In this document: piece by piece, positions 10,115 through 19,478 of the stretch
Numbering within the stretch: position 1 is the first letter of the stretch
Layout of the letters: each line of letters begins with the position of its first letter
Origin: a bacterium
Lineage (GTDB): Bacteria; Sysuimicrobiota; Sysuimicrobiia; Sysuimicrobiales; Kaftiobacteriaceae
NCBI GenBank assembly: GCA_044868695.1
Contig: JBIOWP010000056.1
Location: forward strand, 1 to 60,011
Reading direction: 5' to 3'
Length of the DNA: 60,011 nt
Notes under the pieces: generated by a model
Seen by the model: only the letters and a program-made list of their open reading frames with translations
Database searches by the model: none
What the model was told of the DNA's origin: nothing
Position numbers and translations under genes: made by a program

Positions 10115-10996
10115 GTGACGCAGTTGACGGCCCGGGCGGTGACCCGCGTGGACCCCGTGTCCGGCGTGCGCGAAACTGCCGGGTTCATTCCCCGTGGTGG
10201 AAAGGATGAGTTCTTCATCGTCCGCCATGCTCCTCCAGCTGCGGCGCGGGCAGGCATCGTGATCTGCGGCTCGCTGTTCGCCGAGCAGCTCAAGCTTTAC
10301 CGCGCAGAGGTGCGCGCCGCCCGCGCGCTCGCGGCGCAAGGGTTCGCCGTTGCGCGATTCCACTACTGGGGTATGGGACACAGCGGGGGACACACCGAGG
10401 AGGCGACCCTGACGACCATGCTGGAAGACGCGGCCAGAGTCGCGGACCTCCTGGGTAGCGAGACGGGAGCGAAAACCCTGATCTTCTCGGGTGCCCGGTG
10501 GGGCGGGTTCGTCGCAGGCTTGGCGGCGGCTCGATACGCCGCCTCGCCGGTGGTGTTGTGGGAGCCCGTGCTTGAAGGCGCCCGGTTCTTCCGGGAGACG
10601 TTTCGGGCGAAGCAGATGAGCGCCGTGGCTGGCGGGCGAGGAAGCGTGACGACGGTTGCCACCGCCCTGGAGGAGCTGCGGTCGGCTGGGTTCGTAGACG
10701 TTTTGGGCTATTCCATCACCGCGAGTCTAGTTGAGAGCGCCTCCCGCCGCCGCTTGGTCGAACTGGCGTCTGGTCCCCGACGATCCATCCTATTGATCCA
10801 GGTCAGCCGACACAACACGCTACGGCCGGAGTGTGTTGCGTTTGTCCGCGAGCTAGTGGCATCAGGGTCCATGGTCGCTACCAGGCTCATCGCCCGGGAT
10901 GAGGCTTGGTCATTTGTGGGGAGTCCGGTGCAGTCCACCGATCTGCTGATCGATCTTACATCCGCCTGGCTGGGGCGAGAGGGATGGCTAACATGA
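10115..10996 (+). CDS. Alpha/beta-hydrolase-fold protein with GxRxG elbow (resembles exosortase-system hydrolase 2 type)
   Basis: GGAGG RBS; LFAEQ, RFHYWGMGHSGG, GARWGG at the nucleophile elbow, VLWEPV. Confidence 0.75.
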   Translation: MTQLTARAVTRVDPVSGVRETAGFIPRGGKDEFFIVRHAPPAAARAGIVICGSLFAEQLKLYRAEVRAARALAAQGFAVARFHYWGMGHSGGHTEEATLTTMLEDAARVADLLGSETGAKTLIFSGARWGGFVAGLAAARYAASPVVLWEPVLEGARFFRETFRAKQMSAVAGGRGSVTTVATALEELRSAGFVDVLGYSITASLVESASRRRLVELASGPRRSILLIQVSRHNTLRPECVAFVRELVASGSMVATRLIARDEAWSFVGSPVQSTDLLIDLTSAWLGREGWLT

Positions 10997-11916
10997 GTGA
11001 CACAGCGGATGGGCGCAGTGGGTCGGAGCGTCCGATTCGGTTCCTGGCGGATGGCCAGGACATGTTCGGCATTCTCACCATGCCCGCTGTCCCCGTTGGA
11101 GATGTGGGCGTGATCCTGCTTGGCGGTGGAGCCTGCACGCCATCCACAGGGCGCAACCGGTTCTCGGTGCGACTCGCCCGGCGCCTAGCCGAAGTGGGGA
11201 TCCCCGTGCTCCGGTTTGACTACCATGGTGTCGGTGAGAGCACCGGCCGGGTCGTGCGGTTCAGTCTCAACCGGCCGTTCACAACTGATCTGCTCGCGGC
11301 GGCCCGGGTCCTCGAGCGGCACGGGGTCCACCGCCTGATCTGCGTCGGGCGGTGTTTCGGCGCGCGCACGGCGCTTTCGACCATCCGACGCCTCCCGGAA
11401 CTCGCGGGGCTGGCTTTCATCTCGATGCCGTTGCACGATTTCTCCGCGCAGGACGCAGACCTTAACGTTGGTCGCCCGCGTATCAGCGGAGAGACGGTGC
11501 GGGGACTGCTGGGCGGTCAGCGGCGCCGACTGCACCTACGGACCCTCTACTACTCGCTTCGATCGTGGGCCCGACGACCCTGGGCTCTGCACGCGGGTGG
11601 ATCCGATGCGCTCACCTGGGTCAGTGGGCCGGTGGTGCAGTGGCTGCGTCTCTCGGTCCAGCGCGGCGTGCCGCTCTTGTTCTTGTACGGGACCGGCGAG
11701 CAGTACTACCGGGAATTCCTGTCCGCCAGCGCCGGGACTGTCGGTTCCCTGCTACGGGAGGCCGGAAGCCGCGTTGAAATCCACGTCGTAGATGGCCCGG
11801 TGCACGATCTGACGACTCTTGCCGTGCAGGAATCCCTCATCAGCCGGATCCAGACGTGGATCCTCTCTGCGGTCGTTCCCGACACCGCACAGCCCGTGGG
11901 TGCAGCATCGCCGTGA
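10993..11916 (+). CDS. Alpha/beta-hydrolase-fold protein with GxCxG elbow (resembles exosortase-system hydrolase 1 type)
   Basis: ATGA overlap; LRFDYHGVGESTG, VGRCFGA, LFLYG, VDGPVHDLT (His). Confidence 0.75.
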   Translation: MSDTADGRSGSERPIRFLADGQDMFGILTMPAVPVGDVGVILLGGGACTPSTGRNRFSVRLARRLAEVGIPVLRFDYHGVGESTGRVVRFSLNRPFTTDLLAAARVLERHGVHRLICVGRCFGARTALSTIRRLPELAGLAFISMPLHDFSAQDADLNVGRPRISGETVRGLLGGQRRRLHLRTLYYSLRSWARRPWALHAGGSDALTWVSGPVVQWLRLSVQRGVPLLFLYGTGEQYYREFLSASAGTVGSLLREAGSRVEIHVVDGPVHDLTTLAVQESLISRIQTWILSAVVPDTAQPVGAASP

Positions 11917-12770
11917 GCGCATGCCTCTCGCATGGGTCGGCGGCCCGGCTGGCCGGCATCACAGCGGAGTCGCGCCAGGCGCCTGCTCGGGCGCGCGGAC
12001 ACCGCATGCGGCAGTGGATGCGCGATGCGGCGTATCAGGTGCTGCACGCCTTGTCAACCGGGGGCAGCGGCGTGCGTGTGATCCTCCTCTACCATTCTGT
12101 GGGTGGCCACGACCCACGCAGCATTCCAGTGCCCGTGTTTGACCGGCAGATACAGGTGCTCGCCGACCGCTTCCGGATCGTGACGCTCAGAGACCTGTGC
12201 GCCGCGATCGCCGCAGCCCCGCCGGAGGCAGGGCTGGCCTGCGTGACCTTTGACGATGGGTATCGGGACACGTACGAACACGCGCTACCGGTCCTGGCGC
12301 GCCGGGGGATCCCCGCCACTGTTTTCGTCGCCACGGGATTCCTGGGAGGAACGTTTCCGACGCGGTTCGGGAAGCGGCCGATGATGACGGCAGACCAGGT
12401 CCGGGCGACCGTCGCCATGGGCCACGAGATCGGCGCCCACACAATCACCCACCCGCGCCTCACCGACGTGCTGCCGGAGGCGGCCCAGGAGGAGATCGCC
12501 TCATCAAAACGCAGCCTGGAAGATCTGATAGGGTCGCCCATCGAGTCCTTTGCCTATCCTAAGGGCGCGTGCAGCGACCCCGTCAAGCGGCTCGTGGCCG
12601 CAGCGGGTTTCCGCAGCGCCGTGACGACACGCGAAGGGCTGGTGCAGGCGGTACCAGACTGGCTGGCGCTGCCCAGGGTCCGGATCGGCGCGCGGCTGAG
12701 TGTGCGGGGGTTCGATGCCCGCCTGTCGCCGGGCGTCGGGCTGTACGCACGGCTGCGAGGTGTACGGTGA
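11913..12770 (+). CDS. Polysaccharide deacetylase (NodB/CE4)
   Basis: ILLYHSV, VTFDDGY, IGAHTITHP, FAYPKG, LPR; start could instead be ATG 12006. Confidence 0.9.
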   Translation: MSACLSHGSAARLAGITAESRQAPARARGHRMRQWMRDAAYQVLHALSTGGSGVRVILLYHSVGGHDPRSIPVPVFDRQIQVLADRFRIVTLRDLCAAIAAAPPEAGLACVTFDDGYRDTYEHALPVLARRGIPATVFVATGFLGGTFPTRFGKRPMMTADQVRATVAMGHEIGAHTITHPRLTDVLPEAAQEEIASSKRSLEDLIGSPIESFAYPKGACSDPVKRLVAAAGFRSAVTTREGLVQAVPDWLALPRVRIGARLSVRGFDARLSPGVGLYARLRGVR

Positions 12771-14143
12771 TGAGCCGGATGAACGTGCTCCTCGTTGTCA
12801 TTGACACTGGTCGTGTCGACCGATGCGGATGTTACGGCTACCCTCGGTTGACCACCCCGTCGATCGATGATCTGGCCCAGGAGGCGGCGCTGGCGGAGCG
12901 TATGATCGCGCCCGCACCGTGGACCCTCCCCAGCCATGCCAGCCTCTTCACGGGCCTGTATCCGCAGGAGCACGGGGCGGATTATCCCGAGTACCGCATG
13001 CGGTCGGGGCCGCTGCTGCTCGACGAACATCTGCAGCGGTACGGATATCGCACGATCTATTTCTCGAACAACCCCCTGGTCGCCAAACGCACAGGCATCG
13101 TCAGCGCGGGGTCCGATCTGCGCCTGCGCCGGGACATCGATCCGGGAAGCCGCCGGGCATACCTCCGAGTCGCCCGAGCGCTGATGGGGCAGGGGGATCG
13201 TGGATCGCGCGCCACGACGCGCGAAGTCGGCCGGGCACTGCAGGCAATGGCCGGCCCGTTTTTCATATTCGTGAACTTCATGGAGAGCCACTGGCGGTAT
13301 GTCGCCCCGGAGGCTTACGCCCGCCGGTTTGTGCGGCGGCGCTTCTCCCGATTGGACGCGGCGCTGTACCGCCGGCGCATCCGCCGCCGGTACTCGTGGG
13401 AAAATGGCCGGCTGGCCGACCCAAAAGAGATTCAGCTCCTCAGCGATCTCTACGACGCGTCGCTGGCATACATGGATGACTGCATCGGCGATCTGCTGGA
13501 CGCCGTGGATCGAAGTGGACACCGCAACGACACGATCGTCATCGTCACGGCGGATCACGGCGAGCAGATCGGTGAACACGGCCTCAGCGGGCATGCGATG
13601 TGGCTGTACGAGACCCTGCTGCACGTGCCCTTCGTCGTGCGCATCCCCGGCTGTCCCCCCGCGCGAATGACCGGACTCGTGCAGCTTACGGACGTCTTCG
13701 CCGGGCTCTGCCAGGTCCTCGGCGTGGAGATTCCGCCATACCTCAAGGACCGGGAGTTCGCCGCCGCCCCCGCCTGGCTGACCTCGGGCCTTCCGAACCG
13801 GCAGTACGCGTTTGCCCGATGGCACTACTCCGCCGATGCCGATCTCCATCACCGGCTGGTCCGGTCGAACTTCACCGCGCCGCCGGACACGGAGTCGGTG
13901 CAGGACATGCGATACAAGCTGATTGCGGAACGAGAGTCGGGCAAGGCCTGCCTGTTTGACCTGCAGGCCGATCCCGCAGAGACTCGCGACTGCTCCTCAG
14001 CCGTTCCGCAGGAGCGCGACCGGCTGTTTCGCATTCTGCAGGAGTGGCGGGGCTACTACCACCCCGTGGGCGCGGCGCGGCCCTACACGCCCGAGGAAGA
14101 GCGGGTCCTGGAGTCGCGCCTCAGGGAGCTCGGGTACATCTAA
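12770..14143 (+). CDS. Sulfatase-fold protein, paralogue 2, TxPSH type
   Basis: NVLLVVIDTGRVD, PAPWTLPSHASLFTGLYP, TADHGE, LRELGYI end. Confidence 0.88.
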   Translation: MSRMNVLLVVIDTGRVDRCGCYGYPRLTTPSIDDLAQEAALAERMIAPAPWTLPSHASLFTGLYPQEHGADYPEYRMRSGPLLLDEHLQRYGYRTIYFSNNPLVAKRTGIVSAGSDLRLRRDIDPGSRRAYLRVARALMGQGDRGSRATTREVGRALQAMAGPFFIFVNFMESHWRYVAPEAYARRFVRRRFSRLDAALYRRRIRRRYSWENGRLADPKEIQLLSDLYDASLAYMDDCIGDLLDAVDRSGHRNDTIVIVTADHGEQIGEHGLSGHAMWLYETLLHVPFVVRIPGCPPARMTGLVQLTDVFAGLCQVLGVEIPPYLKDREFAAAPAWLTSGLPNRQYAFARWHYSADADLHHRLVRSNFTAPPDTESVQDMRYKLIAERESGKACLFDLQADPAETRDCSSAVPQERDRLFRILQEWRGYYHPVGAARPYTPEEERVLESRLRELGYI

Positions 14144-14154
14144 CCTGTCTGATC

Positions 14155-15696
14155 ATGATCCGGTCTCGGGCAGGTCATCGGCACGATCCCAACGTCGGAG
14201 GAGAGCCAGCCTCCACACGAGGGATCAAAGGGCAGGCGGTCGCCGCCATCCTATGGTTGGGCGGGGGACGGTTGTTCACGCGGTTCGTGGACCAGCTCGT
14301 GGTCCTGGTCTTAGCCCGGCTGCTCGTGCCGGAAGACTTCGGCATCGTGGCGATGGCCAGCGTGTTCGCCAGACTCCTCACCCTTCTTACGTCGATGGGG
14401 GTCACCCGGGCTGTGGTCCAGCGCCCGCACGTAGATGACGCGTACCTCTCTACGGCACTCTGGGGGAACATGGCGATCGGATGTCTTCTGAGTGGAGTCG
14501 GTTGGGGGGCCGCCGGCCTGATCGCTAAGTTCTACCACGAGCCGCTGGTGGGACCCGTGTTTGCCGCGCTCTCGCTTCGCTTTGCGTTGACCGGCGCTAC
14601 CGTCGTCCAGAGCGCACTGATCTCCCGTCAGATGCGCTTTGGCGTCCTGCAGGTCAGAAACATTATCAGCGCCGGCGTTGCGGGCAGTGTCGCCGTCGTA
14701 CTCGCGCTACGCGGGGCCGGCGTGTGGAGTCTCATCGCCCAGATCGTGGTGGCGGACCTATTGGACCTCGTCTTGCTGTGGACGGCCACCGCCTGGCGGC
14801 CGAAGCGACTGTTTTCCTGGACGAACCTCAGAGAGTTGTGGGGATTTGGCAGTCGAATCCTGGGATCCCAGTTCTTCAATTACGTCGTAAAGTATTTTGA
14901 CAACCTACTGATCGGACGGATGCTCGGGGCGGTTCAGCTCGGTTATTACGCCTTTGGCTATGCGCTGTTTTTGACGCCGTTGCTCGATATTACGGGGACC
15001 GTCTGGCAGGTCACCTTCTCCGCGTTTTCCAGGCTGCAGGAGGATCTGCCGCGGCTGCGGCGAGGATTTCTGCTGACCACCAAATATGTGGCGCTTATCA
15101 CATTCCCGGTGCTGTTAGGGCTCCTCCTGGTCGCGCGCGATCTGATCACGGTTGTCTTCGGTGCGAAGTGGCTGCCGGCCGCGCCGGTGCTGCAGATCCT
15201 TCTCGTCGCTGGCGTCCTCCGGTCCCAGGTCTCCATTTGGAACTCCGTCCTGCCGGCCCTGGGGCGCGTGAACTGGATGTTCCGGTGGGCCGTCGCCTCC
15301 GCGGCGATCTATGTGCCTGCCTTCCTCATTGGGATTCGCTGGGGGATTGTGGGCGTGGCCGCTGGCTACACGGTGTCCGCCCTGGTGGTCGCCCCGTTCC
15401 AGTTGGCGCAAGTGCGGCGGCTGGTCGGTTTCCAGATGCAGGAGTACCTAACACAACTCGCACCTGTGCTCCTCGCGACCGGATTCATGACCGTCTGCGT
15501 CCTGCTCGCGCAGACCTTACTACGGCAGCATAGCGCGGGGGCGGCGCTGCGGCTGGGGGTAGCTGTCGCAGTCGGGGCGCTGGCCTTTACGAGTTTCATC
15601 CTGCGGATGCAGCCGGACCTAGCCGCTGAAGTGCGGCAGACTGTCGGGACGCTGCGGATTCCGCTGCGACCCCACCTGGCCGGGGACAGGGCATGA
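14155..15696 (+). CDS. wzx: Wzx-type polysaccharide flippase (MOP family, WzxC-like)
   Basis: LARLLVPEDFGIVAMA, GAGVWSLI, DNLLIGRMLGAVQLGYY, VFGAKW; about 12-14 TM helices. Confidence 0.9.
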   Translation: MIRSRAGHRHDPNVGGEPASTRGIKGQAVAAILWLGGGRLFTRFVDQLVVLVLARLLVPEDFGIVAMASVFARLLTLLTSMGVTRAVVQRPHVDDAYLSTALWGNMAIGCLLSGVGWGAAGLIAKFYHEPLVGPVFAALSLRFALTGATVVQSALISRQMRFGVLQVRNIISAGVAGSVAVVLALRGAGVWSLIAQIVVADLLDLVLLWTATAWRPKRLFSWTNLRELWGFGSRILGSQFFNYVVKYFDNLLIGRMLGAVQLGYYAFGYALFLTPLLDITGTVWQVTFSAFSRLQEDLPRLRRGFLLTTKYVALITFPVLLGLLLVARDLITVVFGAKWLPAAPVLQILLVAGVLRSQVSIWNSVLPALGRVNWMFRWAVASAAIYVPAFLIGIRWGIVGVAAGYTVSALVVAPFQLAQVRRLVGFQMQEYLTQLAPVLLATGFMTVCVLLAQTLLRQHSAGAALRLGVAVAVGALAFTSFILRMQPDLAAEVRQTVGTLRIPLRPHLAGDRA

Positions 15697-16550
15697 CCGA
15701 GCCCGGTGAGCGGCACCTGAGGATTGTGGCCGTGGTGCTCACCTACAATCGGCTGATATCCCTGCGGGAATGCCTGCTGGCCATTCAACGGCAGAGTCGG
15801 CTGCCAGCGAAGATCATTGTCATCGACAATGCGAGCACCGACGGCACGCCGCAGATGCTCGCGCGCGAGTTTCCGGGTGTGGAGGTCGTCCGACTCGCCG
15901 AGAACACGGGCTATACGGGAGGGCTGCATGCAGCTTTCCGCGCGGGGGTGGCGGCGTCACCTGATTACGTCTGGTTTTTCGATGACGACGCCGTGGCGGA
16001 GCCCGCGTGCCTTGAGATCCTGCTTCGAGAGATGAGCACCCTCGACGCCCGGGGACGCGTCGGCATCCTCCGCCCCCAGGTGCGCGATGCGGTCACCGGC
16101 GACGTGATGGGCGGCGGTATGAGCTGCGGCACTTTGCTGCGGGCCGACATGGTATCGACAGTTACCCTGCCGCCGGCGGAGTTATTCATGGAGTTCGACG
16201 ACAAGATTTACAGCAGGCTGGCCCGCTCAGCGGGGTATGACATCGTCCGGCTCTCTCTCCCGCTGGTCCGGCACCCCGTCCGCCGTCCGCAGACGCTCCC
16301 TCGGATTGTGACAGAAGGGTATCAGGTCAGTCCTTGGCGGCTCTACTACGGGGTTCGGAATCGAATCTACTATAGCCTCTACAAGGAGCGGTCGCTTACC
16401 CGGTTCCTCGCCAGTGTCGGCGTGGGCATGCGTGCCGTGGTTCTGCTGACGCTGTTTGGGCGGCCGCGGCGGGGTCAGGGGCTTATCCTCCGCGGGATCA
16501 TCGATGGCGTGCTCGGACGGCTAGGTCGGCGGGTGGCGCCAGCATACTGA
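15693..16550 (+). CDS. GT2 glycosyltransferase
   Basis: VVLTYNR, IDNASTDGT, ENTGYTGG, WFFDDDA, WRLYYGVRN. Confidence 0.9.
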   Translation: MTEPGERHLRIVAVVLTYNRLISLRECLLAIQRQSRLPAKIIVIDNASTDGTPQMLAREFPGVEVVRLAENTGYTGGLHAAFRAGVAASPDYVWFFDDDAVAEPACLEILLREMSTLDARGRVGILRPQVRDAVTGDVMGGGMSCGTLLRADMVSTVTLPPAELFMEFDDKIYSRLARSAGYDIVRLSLPLVRHPVRRPQTLPRIVTEGYQVSPWRLYYGVRNRIYYSLYKERSLTRFLASVGVGMRAVVLLTLFGRPRRGQGLILRGIIDGVLGRLGRRVAPAY

Positions 16551-17941
16551 TGGCGCGGCGAGCGATGGCGGACCAACCAAACATTCTGCTGATGGTCTTC
16601 GACACCGCGCGGCGCGACCGCTTTGGGTGCTATGGCTATGCGCGCGGGACGACACCTGCGGTGGACGATTTCGCGCGACGGGCGCTGGTCTTCGACCGCA
16701 TGATCACCCCGGCGCCTTGGACCGTGCCCAGTCATGCGAGCCTGTTCACCGGACTTTATCCGCGAGAGCACGGCGCCGACCACCCGCTCCCGATCCTCAA
16801 CGGCGCGGTGCCAACCCTCGCCTCATTTTTCCGCGACCGCGGGTACACAACCGTCTGTGTGACCAACAACCCGCTCGTGCACCACGAGACCGGTTTGTCG
16901 GCCGGCTTTTCGCAGGTGATCCTTCGTCCCGGGGGCGCCTCCGCTCCGTGGCTGTCGCGCGGCCGCGTTGTATTGGGATTGCAAGACTCAGGGGCAGCCG
17001 CCACCAACCGGGTGGTGGGCGGGCTGCTCCGCCGCCTGCCGCAACCGTTCCTGCTGTTTATTAACTACCTGGAGTGCCACTGGCAGTACACTCCGCCGCG
17101 GCGCTTCGAACGTCGGTTCACGTCCGAGGACACCTTGGTCCGTTCCATGCACCGGCGCGTGCGGCAGCGCAGCCAGGTGATGTGGGAGGCCGTCGCCACC
17201 GCAGACGAGGCCAGGCTGCGGCTGTACCGCGACCTGTATGATGCTGAGATGGCGTGCCTGGACGAGCGTACCGGGCACCTGCTAGCCACAATAGAGCGGG
17301 CCGGTCTTCTGGAGCAGAGCATCATCGTGCTCACCTCCGACCACGGGGAGAATATCGGGGAGGAGGGGCTGGCCTCACACCAGGGCTCGCTCCGCCAGAA
17401 CCTGATCCACGTCCCGTTCCTGGTCCGCGTGCCCGGCCGGCCGGCAGGCAGGATCCCCGGGCTCGTTCAGTTCACCGACGTCTTCCGCGGTCTGTGCGGC
17501 CTTGCTGACGTCCGAGTTCCACCGCACCTGGACGACCGACCCATGAGCGTGGACCCGTTCCGCCTGTCTTCCGGCGAGCTCGGGCGCCCCGTTGCATTTG
17601 CGGAATGGCGGCACTGGGGGACCGAGAAGCTAACCCGGATTCAGCGGAAGGCCCCACACTTCGACTTCAGGCGCATTCCTCACGGGCTGGAATCTGCGCA
17701 GGACGCGCGTTACAAGCTGGTCGTCGACCTCGGCACCGGAACGCAGCGACTGTACGACCTGGTCGAGGATCCTGCGGAATCCCTCGATGTTGCGCAGCAG
17801 CACCCTGCCGACCTGACACGGCTGCGCGATGCGCTGCAGCAGTGGCGGGATACCGCGCGGCAACCGGTCACGGCGGCTGGCTACTCGCCGCAGGACCTGG
17901 TCGCAGTGGAACACCGGCTCCAGGAACTCGGCTATCTCTGA
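16550..17941 (+). CDS. Sulfatase-fold protein, paralogue 3, TxPSH type
   Basis: PNILLMVFDTARRD, PAPWTVPSHASLFTGLYP, SDHGE, LQELGYL end; visibly closest to paralogue 1 (AFAEWRHWG, PHFDF). Confidence 0.88.
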   Translation: MARRAMADQPNILLMVFDTARRDRFGCYGYARGTTPAVDDFARRALVFDRMITPAPWTVPSHASLFTGLYPREHGADHPLPILNGAVPTLASFFRDRGYTTVCVTNNPLVHHETGLSAGFSQVILRPGGASAPWLSRGRVVLGLQDSGAAATNRVVGGLLRRLPQPFLLFINYLECHWQYTPPRRFERRFTSEDTLVRSMHRRVRQRSQVMWEAVATADEARLRLYRDLYDAEMACLDERTGHLLATIERAGLLEQSIIVLTSDHGENIGEEGLASHQGSLRQNLIHVPFLVRVPGRPAGRIPGLVQFTDVFRGLCGLADVRVPPHLDDRPMSVDPFRLSSGELGRPVAFAEWRHWGTEKLTRIQRKAPHFDFRRIPHGLESAQDARYKLVVDLGTGTQRLYDLVEDPAESLDVAQQHPADLTRLRDALQQWRDTARQPVTAAGYSPQDLVAVEHRLQELGYL

Positions 17942-17943
17942 CG

Positions 17944-19215
17944 ATGGTCACCGTACTGCATGTGATCGACAGCCTGGGGGTGGGGGGCGCCGAGCACCAG
18001 CTCCTCGATATCATCGTGCGGTCCGATCCCGTCCGGTTCCGACACACAGTCTGCGCGCTCACCCTGACGGGAGGCTTTGTACAGGACTTCGAACGGGCAG
18101 GGATCCAGGTCCACGATCTCCATCTCAACACCCGATACGACTTCGCCTGGGGTCTCCGCCAGATGCTTGCGATCACCCGCCGGGTGAAGCCACACATCCT
18201 GCACGCCTCTTTGTTCCGGGCGGGCGTGCTCGCGCGGATCGCCGGGCGGTTGACGCGCACGCCAGTCGTGACCAGCCTGGTCAACACAACATACGAGCCG
18301 GAGTGGCGTCTGGATAATCCACGCCTGGCGCCGTGGAAGGTCGGCGTGCTCCAAACGCTCGACGGAGTGACCGCGCGCTACTGGGGGACGCGATTTGTGG
18401 CCATCACCCATGCGGTGAAACATTCGGCAGTCAGGCAGCTGGGGCTGGCCCCAGAGGCGGTCGTGGTCATCCCCCGCGGGTTTCCGTTCGGGGACCGGCC
18501 GGCGCCGGCCGCGCACGCGGTGCAGATTGCCCGCGCCGAAGTTGCCCCAAACGCGTACCCCGTCGTGCTCAACGTCGGCCGGTTGGTGCCGCAAAAGGGG
18601 CAGCGCTACCTTATCGACGCCATGCCCCATGTCGTCGAGGAGTTCCCCACCGCCCGCCTGCTGATCGCCGGGGAGGGCCGGCTGCGCGGAGAACTGGACG
18701 CGCACATCCGCAGGCTGGGGCTAGAGGTGTCCGTCTCCCTGCTGGGGCAGCGCCGCGACGTACCACTGCTGATGGCTGCGGCCGACATCTTCGCCTTTCC
18801 TTCTTTGTATGAGGGCTTCGGCGTCTCGCTGCTGGAGGCGATGGCCAGCGGTCGGCCGTGCATCGTGAGCGACATCGAGGTGTTGCGGGAGGTCACCGAC
18901 CAAGGCGCCCGAGCCTTCCCCGTGCCGAGTCGGAATCCTGAGGCGCTGGCTGACGCCATCCGCCGCTTGGCCAGGGATCCTGCCCAGGCGGGACAGCTGG
19001 GCGCGGCGGCCGCCCAGTGGGCCCGAGCGCAGTTTGACATTCGCGGCAGCGTCCGGGCCGTCGAAACGCTGTACGAGTCACTGCTGGACCAGTTCCACCC
19101 GCGCCAGAACCCGCGGCCACGGTGGCGTCCTGACGTCCCACAATGCGTCCGCGACCGCACCGATCGCATGCGGAATCATCCGATGATCCAGGAGGATCAG
19201 TATGTCAACGATTGA
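17944..19215 (+). CDS. GT4 glycosyltransferase
   Basis: VLHVIDSLGVGGAE, VGRLVPQKG, FPSLYEGFGVSLLEAMASG (Ex7E). Confidence 0.92.
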   Translation: MVTVLHVIDSLGVGGAEHQLLDIIVRSDPVRFRHTVCALTLTGGFVQDFERAGIQVHDLHLNTRYDFAWGLRQMLAITRRVKPHILHASLFRAGVLARIAGRLTRTPVVTSLVNTTYEPEWRLDNPRLAPWKVGVLQTLDGVTARYWGTRFVAITHAVKHSAVRQLGLAPEAVVVIPRGFPFGDRPAPAAHAVQIARAEVAPNAYPVVLNVGRLVPQKGQRYLIDAMPHVVEEFPTARLLIAGEGRLRGELDAHIRRLGLEVSVSLLGQRRDVPLLMAAADIFAFPSLYEGFGVSLLEAMASGRPCIVSDIEVLREVTDQGARAFPVPSRNPEALADAIRRLARDPAQAGQLGAAAAQWARAQFDIRGSVRAVETLYESLLDQFHPRQNPRPRWRPDVPQCVRDRTDRMRNHPMIQEDQYVND

Positions 19216-19447
19216 GGCGTTACGCGACTTTATCGTCAGCGAGCTCCGTTGGGGCGGCGAGGTGGGCGATCTGACCCCAGAGTTCGCGTTGATCGAGAAT
19301 CACGTGATCGACTCGCTTGGGCTGTTCATGCTGGTCTCCTTTGTCGAAACCCGCTTCGGCGTCCAGGTCGGCGACGAAGAGCTCGTGCCGGAAAACTTCG
19401 GGACGCTGGACGCGATCGCCGACTTGGTCGAGCGAAAGCGATCCTGA
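19202..19447 (+). CDS. Acyl carrier protein (stand-alone, DltC-like size)
   Basis: 81 aa acidic protein with GGAGG RBS, IDSLG phosphopantetheine-attachment motif, VETRFGV..GDEELVPENFGTL. Confidence 0.88.
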   Translation: MSTIEALRDFIVSELRWGGEVGDLTPEFALIENHVIDSLGLFMLVSFVETRFGVQVGDEELVPENFGTLDAIADLVERKRS

Positions 19448-19478
19448 CCGATGCTGGACATGGGAGCGCGCTGACGAC

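Noticed and set aside
6586..13852. Long minus-strand ORFs (346 aa at 6586-7626, 432 aa at 12554-13852) and similar ones across the locus
   Set aside because: They mirror well-supported plus-strand genes; stop-poor reverse frames are expected at this GC content
6577..17941. Near-identical DNA stretches (e.g. ATGATCAC.CCGGCGCC.TGGAC, GAGTGGCGGCACTGGGG-like) as a possible repeat family
   Set aside because: Explained by coding paralogy among the three sulfatase-fold genes
2540..19447. NRPS/PKS secondary-metabolite cluster suggested by the ligase, ACP and hydrolases
   Set aside because: No condensation or ketosynthase domains; the genes are embedded among glycosyltransferases and wzx, so glycan tailoring is more parsimonious
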